Assembly: GCA_963740725.1 (NCBI GenBank) | Contig: CAVUFT010000021.1 | Location: 18,172-82,171, forward strand | Reading direction: 5' to 3' | Length of the DNA stretch: 64,000 bases | Origin: an uncultured Actinomycetota bacterium | GTDB taxonomy: Bacteria; Actinomycetota; Actinomycetes; Propionibacteriales; Kribbellaceae | Shown here: positions 29,243-38,716 of the stretch, piece after piece | Numbering within the stretch: the stretch's first letter is position 1 | Layout of the letters: each line of letters starts with the position of its first letter | Notes under the pieces: generated by a model | What the model saw: only the letters and a program-made list of their open reading frames with translations | What the model was told of the DNA's origin: nothing | Databases searched by the model: none | Program-made: the position numbers and the translations under genes

Positions 29243-32200
29243 TTAGTTGACGATGATCTTGTCGACCTCGATCGTGACGCCCTTGACGAGTGGCGTGGAG
29301 GTTCCGGTGGTGACTGTTCCGGTGCCCTTCTGTACGCCCTTGATGTTCATCGAATAGGTCATCGAGCCACCGGGCGCACCCGGCGTACTCTGGACCCGGT
29401 AGTCCTCTGTCGGGGGACCGGTGATCTGGCTGCCGGCCGTTCCGTCGAGGTTCTCGGCGCCGACCGTGAGCCCGTACGCCGGGCCCGGGTCGCCCGGCAG
29501 GTTGCCGGGATCGTAGGTGAAGGAGATGTCCTCGGCGCCGTTGGTGCCGATCCATTGCTGGAACACCTTCAGCTGGTTGGTGCCGAACAGGTACTCCCGC
29601 CATTCGATGACGAGCCAGTTGTTCACCCCGTCCGTCAGGTTGCCGGCCAGGATGCCCGGTGCGGCGTTGCCGTCGAGATCGGTCCAGAACGGCGCGAGCA
29701 CGTTGTTCGGGCGTGCCGGGTCCGGCAGGGTCTGCGGCGCGAACTGCACGTCGTCCGAGCTCGTCGTACCGCCGGCCACTGTGTAGCCGTCGGAGACGAC
29801 GCCGATCCGGTTGTAGGACTGTCCGGCGAAGAGATACTCACCGACGTTGAAGTTCAGCGCCTGCTCGTCGCCGATCGGAATCGGTGTGATGCCGAACAGA
29901 TCCAGCGGGAGGTAGCCCGCCGGGCTCACGCCCGGTGCGATCACCGGCTTGTCGGGTTGGCGCCCGACCAGCGTCGCGGTCTTGGTTGCGACCTGGGTCC
30001 CGACCTTGGTCGCACCGGTGACGCTGTTCAGCCGGAGCTGCGAGCTCAAGGTGCTGACCGCTGTGACATCGGTGGTCTGCAGGCTGTTGTTCTGCACGGT
30101 CACCGTGCAGGTCGACTGCCCGGTGTTCCGCGGGATGCTGCCCGGCGTACAGGTCTGATCGATCGGCACGATGCCTTCCTGGCGGAAGTACGCGACCGGT
30201 AGATGCAGAGCCCGGCTGCCGCCGACCTGCTTGAGGTTGACCTGCCCGAAGTACTGGCCGTCAGGCAGGGCGGGTGCGGTGATGGCGATCGTCAGCTTCT
30301 GCGTCTTGCCGGCTTTCACCTGGAACAGTGGCGGGAGCACGGTGATGTTCGCGCCGCTGACCGTCGTACCGGTGGCGGTGAAGGTGAGCGTCTGGTTGGT
30401 GACGTTCTTGACCGTCCGGGTGGCCGTGATCAGGCCCGGCATGGTCGGCGCGTTCACCGACGGCAGGTTGAGGTCGATCTTGTTGAGGGCGTCGGTGGCC
30501 GAGGCCGCGTAGTTGGCCGCCGTCTCGTCCATGGTCAGACCGGGGTCGCCGGCCTTGGTCAGGTCGATGCGGCCGCCGCCGTCGTCGAACGGATCGGCCT
30601 GCGTGACCCGGTCAGGCTTCTTGACGGCTGTCTTGGCTGTTGTCTCCAGTGCGGACTTGACCTGACCTGGCGTCCACGAGGGATGCAGGGCGAAGATCAG
30701 GGCCGCCGCTCCGGCGACGTGCGGTGACGACATCGACGTACCGGCGATCACCTGGTAGAGGTTCCCGGGCGGTCCTTCGGCCGCGGACTCGGGAGTCGGT
30801 GTCTGGCCGGCGAGGATGTGCAGACCGGGCGCGGTGACGTCGGGCTTGAGGAAGTCACCACCAGGGCCGCGGGACGAGAAGTACGTCATCACGTCGCCTT
30901 GCCAAGTGGTCTTCGTGCCTTGCGTGAAACTCGCCGTCGTCCCGGGATGTGCCGCGATGAAGGCGAGCAGGGCATCGCCGTCCGGCTTCTCGAGCTGCAC
31001 GGCCGGCAGCCAGTGGTTGTCGGTGAAGACGTCGAACGGATCGGCGTTGTACATCAGCATTCCGAGGGCGCCGCCCTGCTTGATGTTGAAGCCCTTCATC
31101 ACCCGGCCTGAGGTGAACTGGCAGGCGACGATCTTGCCGATGAAGATGCCCGGCGGTGCCGGGGTGTTACAGGTGGCGTCGTTGTACGGCGGTGCCGAAG
31201 CGAGCACGACGGGCGCCGGCGTACCGATGCCTGGCGTGATCGAGGCGCCGGAGATCGTGACGGTTGCGCCGCCACCGGACAACGTGACGGTCGAGCGGAA
31301 GGTCCTGCTCTGCGTGGAGGCCGCAACTGTGGTGACCCACGGACTGCGGTGGTCGGTCGTGTTCGCACCCGGACCGGAGTTGCCGGCCGAGGTGGCGACG
31401 AACACGCCCGCGGCGTACGCGTCCAGGAAGGCGAGCTCGACCGGGTCGCTGTACGGGTCGCTGCCGCCGGAGATCGAGAAGTTGATCACCCGGACACCGT
31501 CGAGGATGGCGCGCGCGACGGCCGCCGCCGAGTCGGACGGGAAGCAGCCGGTGGCACCGCAGACCTTGTAGACCGAGACCGCGGCGGCCGGTGCGATGCC
31601 GCGGATCGGTCCGCGGCTGATGCCCAGGGGTTCGCGTCGGCGACCGGACCGCCGGCCGAGGTTGTCGAGGTGTGCGTGCCGTGGCCGTTCGAGTCACGGG
31701 CGGAGTCGGGGTAGACGTCGCCGCCGACCACTGCGTTGTAGGTGTCGAGGAACGGCTGGCCGCCGATCAGCTTGCGGTTGCAGGTGAACGGGTCGCTGGC
31801 CGGCGTCAGCGGGTTGTCGCCGAAGTCGCAGACGCGTGCTGTGCCGTCAGCGGTCGGCGGTGGTGCCGGCAGCGTGCCAGGATCGGCGTACGACGGATGT
31901 TCCGGCCAGGCGCCGCTGTCGAGGATGCCGACGATGACGCCCTTGCCCGCGTTGGCCGAGCCACCGAGCTGGTTGTAGATCGTCGGGGCACCGATGAAGT
32001 CGCCACTCGAATCGGTCAGCAATTGTTGGGGGTTGTCCTGCTGGACCGCGGCGACGCCGGGGAGCTTCAGCAGATTACGCGCCTGGTTCGCCGGCACGCT
32101 CAGCGCGACACCGCCGTACACGGTGCGGAGCTTCTGTCCTGCCCTGGCGCTGGGAATCCTGCTCTGCAAGGCAGTGAGGAAGCCGTTCTCCAGCGCGGTC

Positions 32201-32589
32201 ACATGGTTGAGGTACTTGGTGGAGTTCGCATCCCTCGGGTCGAGGCGCTTGCCGGTGACCGCCGGGCTGGTGCCGGGCAGGCCTTTGAGGCCGCCGCGAT
32301 ACGCGGCGAGCGAGTCGTAGTCGAGCTTGACGACGACCCGGACCTGCTTGGCCGACGTGCTGTTGATCAGGGCCGGATCGCTCTTCGCGAGCTGGCCGCT
32401 GGGCGACTTGGCGCCGTTGATCGTGTCGGCGACCTGGAGCGGCGTTGCCGTCCAGGTGCGGCTGTTGGTCGGTGGCGGATCGGCGGCGGCCGCGCCCGTG
32501 CTGGGCAGGATGGCGGCGAGGAGCAGGCCGGCGGACAGGCCGGCCATGGTGGTGCGTCGAGTGGTTCGTCGGTGGATCGGTGACCTCAT
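29243..32589 (-). CDS. Secreted S8 subtilase with I9 propeptide and PA domain, frameshift near 31620
   Basis: Signal peptide; catalytic ILDSG, HGTHT and [11 protein letters not shown]; KPDVTAPG. Confidence 0.9.
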
Positions 32590-32934
32590 GCGCTGGCCTC
32601 CCGTGAAGGCAGACGACGCCGTCACCGCAGGAAGTCAGACGCCGAACGTCAGGGCCGACCCCCCAGTCGCCACCACAAACCCCTCAGTCCCTTAACCGAA
32701 TCCCCCCCGGGTGCCGGCGTACCGGCCGACACCCCCACGGTGCCTGCCTGAGCCGAGGCTAGTCCCAAAACCCGCCGCACAGCCAGACCTCACCACCCAC
32801 TGGTCTGATCCACGCGCCCGGGTCGATGGACCTTCAGTTGTCTGGTGGCGACGACCGGAGCGGACGCAGCGACTAGCTTGATGACCGTTTGCTTTCGGGT
32901 ACCGGGCTCGTAGTAGCGGAGCTCGGGAGGGCAT

Positions 32935-33940
32935 GTGCGGTTGCGGCGGGTGAGTGTGGAGCGAGCTGGATTCTCCCGGCGTGGGCGGGGGACCGGGTTC
33001 AGCTATCTTGATGCCGAGGGCAACGTGATTCGGGATCGGGAGACAGTCGAACGGATCCGGCAGCTGGCGATTCCGCCGGCCTGGCGGGACGTGTGGATCT
33101 GTCCGTATCCGAACGGGCACATCCAGGCGGTCGGCACCGACGAGGCCGGGCGGCGGCAGTATCTCTACCACGACGAGTGGCGGACCGCGCAGGACGCCGA
33201 CAAACACGATCGGGTACGACGCCTTGCGCGCAAGCTGCCCTCGTTCCGCAAGGCCGTCGACCGGGATCTCTGCGCGAAGGGGCTGACCCGCGAGACGGGT
33301 GCTCGCCGTCGCGCTGAGAATGCTCGACCACGGGGTGTTCCGGACTGGGAACACGCAGTACGCCGAGGAATACGGCAGTCGCGGCGCCGCGACTCTGCTC
33401 CGGGAGGACGTCCGGGTCAGCCGAGGTCTGCTCGTCTTCGACTTCACCGCCAAGGGCGGCATCCGCCGGACGCTGGAGCTGGAGGACGCCAAGTTGGTCA
33501 CGGCCGTTACCGCGTTGAAGCGCAGCCGGCACGAGAGTCCCTTGCTGCTGGTTTACCGCGACAAGGACGGTTGGCACGAGCTCGACGCGGACCAGATCAA
33601 CGAGCGCTTCCACGAGATCGTCGGCGACGACTACACGGTCAAGGACCTCCGCACCTGGACCGCCACGGTGCACGCGGCCGTCGCGCTGGCGCAGGCCGAT
33701 CCGCCCGACACGAAGAAGGCGACCAAGGCCGCGGTGAAGGCCATGCTCGACGACGTGTCGGAGCACCTCGGCAACACCCCGGCGGTCGCGCGTACGTCGT
33801 ACGTGGACCCGCGCATCATCACGCAGTACGAGAACGGCAACACCATCCGCCGCGCGATCTCGCTCGCCGGCTCTGCCAACCTCAACCGGGCCCCGACCCG
33901 CACCCGCCTGGAACGCTCGGTAGCCCGCCTCCTCACCTAG
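32935..33940 (+). CDS. Bacterial type IB DNA topoisomerase, frameshift near 33300
   Basis: IPPAWRDVWI, GHIQAVGTDEAGRRQYLYH, FRTG, KGG, KDLRTW and LGNTPAVARTSYVDP. Confidence 0.9.
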
Positions 33941-33984
33941 CGTCCACATGCGTGACGGTGTTGTCGCTTGGGTACCGGCGGGAC

Positions 33985-34737
33985 GTGAGCGGGGACAAGA
34001 TGGATGCCGAGTTCGACGTGGCTGCTGGGTGGACGCTGGAGGCGGTCCGGGAGCTTGGCGACGACCATGCGATCCCGGCGGGGTGCCGGGGGAGTGCGAG
34101 TCCGTCGGCGCTCGCTTGGCTGGCCGAGGCGCTGGAGCTCACGGCTGGGACCGTGCTGTTCGATCTCGGCGCCGGCCTTGGTGGTCCCGCCGCCTGGGTG
34201 GGGCGCCGATACGGCGTACGCCCGATCCTGGTGGATCCGATGGAAGGCGCTTGCCGGGCAGCTGCCGGATTGTTCGGACTACCCGCGATCCGTGCGGAAG
34301 GGCTGTCGATTCCGTTGCGCACGGCATCAATCAGTACTGCGTGGTGTCTCGGCGTCCTGTGCACCGTCCAGGACAAGCTCGCCCTGCTGAGCGAACTGCA
34401 CCGGGTCCTGAAGCCGTCGGGCCGACTCGGTCTCCTGGTGCTGGTCGCGCAGGCGGCGGAGCTGGACGACGTACCGGAGGGCAATTCATTTCCCACGCAG
34501 GCCGAGCTGGTCGCAGTACTGGACAAGGCAGGCTTCGCACTTGAGGAGCAGGTGGACGACCCGGGCGACACGCCGGCCTCGTGGACCCGGCGTACCGAGC
34601 GTGTAGATGCCTTGATCCGCGAGCGGCACGGGCAGGAGAAGGCTTACCGACAAGAGCAACAGCAGCAGGAGCAGCTCGGGCGGCTGTTGTCTACTGGTCA
34701 GGTCAGCTCTCAATTGCTGTGTGTTCGGGCGAATTGA
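33985..34737 (+). CDS. Class I SAM-dependent methyltransferase
   Basis: [17 protein letters not shown] and RVLKPSG. Confidence 0.8.
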   Translation: MSGDKMDAEFDVAAGWTLEAVRELGDDHAIPAGCRGSASPSALAWLAEALELTAGTVLFDLGAGLGGPAAWVGRRYGVRPILVDPMEGACRAAAGLFGLPAIRAEGLSIPLRTASISTAWCLGVLCTVQDKLALLSELHRVLKPSGRLGLLVLVAQAAELDDVPEGNSFPTQAELVAVLDKAGFALEEQVDDPGDTPASWTRRTERVDALIRERHGQEKAYRQEQQQQEQLGRLLSTGQVSSQLLCVRAN

Positions 34738-34774
34738 AGGGTTGGGCTTGGAGGCGTCGGGTACTGATGGTTGG

Positions 34775-36115
34775 GTGCTTGTTGCTGAGAGATATCGGGT
34801 TGGTCATTCCCTAGGTCGCGGTGGGATGGGTGAGGTTTTCCATGCCATCGACGAACAACTGGGGCGGCCGGTTGCGCTGAAGTTGATGCTGCCGTCCGGG
34901 GGTGATTCGACGTCTGCCGAGCGGTTCCGCCGCGAGGCGCGGGCCGCGGCGAGGCTCAGCGAACCCGCATGTGGTCGCCGTGTACGACTTCGGGCAGCAG
35001 GGCGATCAAGTTCTTCTTGGTGATGGAGCTCGTCGAAGGGCGCACGGTTGCCGCCGAGATTGCCGAGCGTGGGTCGCTGCCGAAGGATCGCGCGATCGAG
35101 ATCATCGAGCAGAGTGCGGCGGGTCTGGCGGCGGCGCATCAGCAGGACGTCGTACACCGTGATGTGAAGCCGGGGAACCTGCTGTTGACGCCCGACGGCC
35201 TGGTGAAGGTGGCGGACTTCGGGATCGCCCATCTTGCGGGTGACGGCGCGACCACGCTGACGGCGCCCGATCAGATCATCGGCAGCACGCGCTATCTGGC
35301 GCCGGAGCGGGCGCGTGGTGGGCAGGCCGGCGAGCCTGCGGACGTCTACGCGTTGGGCTGCGTGCTCTACGAGCTGGTCACGGGCCAGCCGCCGTTCTCC
35401 GGCGAGCATCCGGCAGCGATCCTCTACCAGCACGTCGACGCCCAACCGGTACTCCCGAGCACGACCCACCCCGAACTCGCCGGCGCCTTCGAGACAGTCC
35501 TCCTCCAGATGCTCGCCAAGGAACCGGCGGACCGCCCGACCGCCGCCGAGATCGCATCCGGCGCCCTCCGCGCACCATCGTCCGAGGCCCGTACGACGGC
35601 TCCGCTCCCGGTCGACGCCCGTACTACGGCCGCGGCGCCCGCGCTCCTGGGGTGCCACCGCGCCTATCGATCAGCCTCGATCAGCAGCTGACCGGTCAAA
35701 ACGCCAGGTCTGGCTAGCCGCCGGAGTCGCCGTCCTCGCAGCCGCCGCGGCGACCACCGCAGTACTCCTCCTGAACAACAACGGCCCGAACCTCCCGTCA
35801 ACCAACGACGTAGGCCCCCAACCAGGCGTCACGTCCAGTACGCCGAACGCAGGCCCGGTCACCGCCCCCACCCGAAACCAATCCACCGGCACGACCCAAA
35901 CCACCCAAAGCCCCACCCCAACCCCGACGCCGAGTGTCTCGTCAACACCTTCCCCGACCCCGTCGCCATCACCGTCGCCCACCACCAGTCCTTCGCCGAG
36001 TCCGTCGCCGACCCCGACGCGAACCAAGCCCACCCCGTCGCCAACGCCAACCACCACCCAACCGGACCCGACAACCACCCCGCCAGCCACCAGCCCGTCA
36101 CCAGGCACCCTGTAA
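34775..36115 (+). CDS. Ser/Thr protein kinase with TM helix and Pro/Thr-rich tail, several frameshifts
   Basis: [29 protein letters not shown] and DVYALG; [11 protein letters not shown]; PT/PS repeats. Confidence 0.88.
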
Positions 36116-36160
36116 TAGGGCTGGGCGCCTCAGGTGAGCGAGCTGGGGATACCGGTGAGG

Positions 36161-36319
36161 CTAGTCGCGGGGGAGTTGCTCGTTGGGGTCCTCGTCCGGG
36201 TTGATCTCGGGCTCGGGGTACGGGTTGATATCCGGGTCGTCCGGCTGGCCGGGGACCCGATCAGGGTCGGTAGGATCCGGCAGCGGCGGGACCGGTGGCA
36301 TCGGAGTGGTACTCATCAT
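36161..36319 (-). CDS. Small Pro/Asp-rich protein (52 aa), not in the ORF track
   Basis: AGGAGG RBS, then MMSTTPMPPVPPLPDPTDPDRVPGQPDDPDINPYPEPEINPDEDPNEQLPRD*. Confidence 0.6.
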   Translation of the reverse strand: MMSTTPMPPVPPLPDPTDPDRVPGQPDDPDINPYPEPEINPDEDPNEQLPRD

Positions 36320-36389
36320 CAATACCTCCTCGGAGTGTCCCGCTAGTCGGGACGTCCTCCCACCCGGTACCCGCCGCCGTCCGTCGTAG

Positions 36390-36943
36390 TCACCGCCGGT
36401 ACGTCGAGAGGACGGCTGGGCCTACCTGGTCGACCGCGATCAGGCTCAGGTTGACCGGGGGAGTAGCCCCGAACAGACGCTCGCCTGCGCCGACGACAGT
36501 CGGGAAGACCATCAGGCGGTACTCGTCGACCAGGTCGGCCGCCTGGAGAGCCCGTACTACGGAGGTGCTGCCGACCACGACGATGTCGCGACCTGCCCGC
36601 TCCGCCTCGACGACCTCCTCGATCGTGCCGTCGGCCAGGCGCGAGTTCGACCATCCCGAGGCATCGACGAGCGACCGGGAGACGACGACCTTGTCGATCT
36701 TCGTCATCGCGACCGAGAAGTCGTCGGTCCGGGCGACAGCAGCCGGCCGAGTAGTTCCCAGGTGGTCCGGCCGTACAGCATCACACCGGTCTCGAGGATC
36801 GACCCGAGCCGGAACTTGTCACCGGAGACCGGCTCCGGCCCGTGCCGGAACGCCCAGCCACCGCCCGCGGTACCGCCCGACCCATCGGGGTCGGTGACGA
36901 TGCCGTCGAGGCTGACGAACTGGTTGACGATGACCTTGCCCAT
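36390..36943 (-). CDS. Dihydrofolate reductase/RibD C-terminal family protein, frameshifted
   Basis: FVSLDG, YGRTTWE, KVVVSRSL, GSTSVV and LVDEYRLMVFPTVVGAGERLF. Confidence 0.85.
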
Positions 36944-37026
36944 GACGTGCTCCTGATCTCCGAACGAATCTGACACCGGTACATACCGCCGGTGCAGCGC
37001 AGATTCATCGGTCGATCAGGAAACAG

Positions 37027-37617
37027 TCAGTCGCAGGTGTCGCAGATGCCGTTGGCGGGGGTCTGGAGGTTGCAGCGGGGGCACTTGTTGATCGGGCGCT
37101 CGGCGATGGCGGCCTTGCGGGCCCGGGCGCGCGCGGCGGCGAGCTTCGGGGGGATCATCGCGCTGCCGCCGTCGGCCGGCAGACCGGTTGCCTCGAAGTG
37201 GCGGTAGGTGGCGAGGCGCTCGTGGGAGGCGTGCGCGTCCGGATCGGCGGGCGTCGTACCGGTGGCCGCACCCACGATCGCGGCGTACCCGTCGAAGACG
37301 CTCTCGTCGGGGTTGACGCAGAGTGCCGACAGCATCGGCTCGCCCCGCCGCAGGCTCTCCGCGGAGACCTCGGCGAGGACACCGCCGATCCACTGCCGGG
37401 TCGGCTGCTTGGTGCGGAGACCGGTCAGGTCCTGTACGCCGGTTGCGATGTCCTTGTGCTGCACCAGCGACTGGTACTTCCGGGCCGCGACGAGCAGCAT
37501 CTCGCGAGCCGCACCGGCCCACTCGATCCGGGCGGCGGCGACGCCGACGTCGGACACATCGCGGTCCGCTACGTCGGGCAGTTCGTGGTCAGGGGCGGCG
37601 AGATCGAGAGTGGACAC
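37027..37617 (-). CDS. Hypothetical protein with C-terminal zinc ribbon
   Basis: EPMLSALCV motif and terminal CPRC-x8-CDTCD. Confidence 0.7.
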   Translation of the reverse strand: MSTLDLAAPDHELPDVADRDVSDVGVAAARIEWAGAAREMLLVAARKYQSLVQHKDIATGVQDLTGLRTKQPTRQWIGGVLAEVSAESLRRGEPMLSALCVNPDESVFDGYAAIVGAATGTTPADPDAHASHERLATYRHFEATGLPADGGSAMIPPKLAAARARARKAAIAERPINKCPRCNLQTPANGICDTCD

Positions 37618-37662
37618 CCGCAGACCCTAAGGGCTCACCCGCCGTCAACGAAAACCGCCGCC

Positions 37663-38634
37663 TCAATCCGGTGGCTGGGGCGGCCGGAAGGTGACCTCGA
37701 TCGTCTCGGCGGCCTTATGGCGCTGGGCCTTGGCGTACATCGCGTAGGCGCGGTGGTCGGCCGGCGTCAGGTCGGTCGCGGAGTCGGTGAACAGGGCGAG
37801 CAGCGAGCGGGGGAAGAGGCGATGGGCGATCACCGCGTTCAGTTCGGCGCCGATCACGCCGATCACCGCCGCGGCGTAGATGAGCCCGATCAAACCGAGG
37901 GTCAGCGCGAAGACGCTGTTCACCTCGCTCGCCTTCGCCAGGACGTCGCTGACGTACAGGCCGCCGAGTCGTTCGAGCAGATGCCAGCCGACCGCGGTGA
38001 AGAACGCGCCGGGAACCATGCGGAGGATGTGCGGCCGGGGCCGCCTGCCCGGGCGCAGGCACAGGGTCAGCATCGCGGTGAGCACGAACACCGACCCGAT
38101 CGAGACGATCCATCCCAGGCCGTCGTCGATCACGTCGCCGGCCAGGACGGTCACGGTGGCGAAGCTGAGGACGACGAGACCTGCCAGCGTCAGCAGGGCA
38201 CCCGATCGCAGCCGGCCGCGGAACGGGTTCGGGCGGCCGTTGCGAGGAACTCCCCAGGTCACGTTGACCGCGTTCTGTACCGCCTGCCCCAACCCGATCA
38301 GGCCGTACAGCGCGGCGAGCGCGCCCACGATGACGGCCGTCGTACTGCCCTGCAGACCCTGCGGCGTCGCCAGCTGAGTGCCGACGATCGGGAACTCCTT
38401 CAGCGCCGACTCCAGCACAGCCTTCTGCAGGTCCTTGTTCCCCTGCAGTACGAACCCGAGCACCGAGGAGGAGATCAGCAGCATCGGGAAGATCGCGGCG
38501 AAGGCGTAGTACGTGATGATGACCGCGAGATAGCTGCCCTGGTCGTCGAAGAACTTGTACACGACAGCCAGCGGAAACCCGAGCACTCGATGCCGGCGCT
38601 GAAACCGGTCCACCCGGCCCCCGAAGCTACTCAC
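37663..38634 (-). CDS. YihY/BrkB family membrane protein
   Basis: KFFDDQGSYLA..ITYYAFAAIFP and GAELN; multiple TMs. Confidence 0.85.
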   Translation of the reverse strand: MSSFGGRVDRFQRRHRVLGFPLAVVYKFFDDQGSYLAVIITYYAFAAIFPMLLISSSVLGFVLQGNKDLQKAVLESALKEFPIVGTQLATPQGLQGSTTAVIVGALAALYGLIGLGQAVQNAVNVTWGVPRNGRPNPFRGRLRSGALLTLAGLVVLSFATVTVLAGDVIDDGLGWIVSIGSVFVLTAMLTLCLRPGRRPRPHILRMVPGAFFTAVGWHLLERLGGLYVSDVLAKASEVNSVFALTLGLIGLIYAAAVIGVIGAELNAVIAHRLFPRSLLALFTDSATDLTPADHRAYAMYAKAQRHKAAETIEVTFRPPQPPD

Positions 38635-38672
38635 GCGCTAACGGTACGGCCAGAGCGCCCTTTGGCCAGGTA

Positions 38673-38703
38673 AGCCCTCCGCTCTACGCGAGGGCGGAGG
38701 GCT
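38673..38703. terminator. Hairpin downstream of the GH20 gene
   Basis: AGCCCTCCGC...GCGGAGGGCT inverted repeat. Confidence 0.6.
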
Positions 38704-38716
38704 CACCTGGTGGTTG

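Noticed and set aside
32590-32930. Possible riboswitch (e.g. c-di-AMP) upstream of the subtilase
   Set aside because: I could not find the conserved motifs by eye. An Rfam search would be needed.
32935-34737. 600-aa ORF appearing to fuse TopIB with a methyltransferase
   Set aside because: A frameshift near 33300 creates it. The TopIB C-terminus is in another frame with its own stop at 33940.
35860-36110. Short tandem-like repeats
   Set aside because: They encode the kinase Pro/Thr/Ser tail. There is no constant repeat-spacer structure, so this is not CRISPR.
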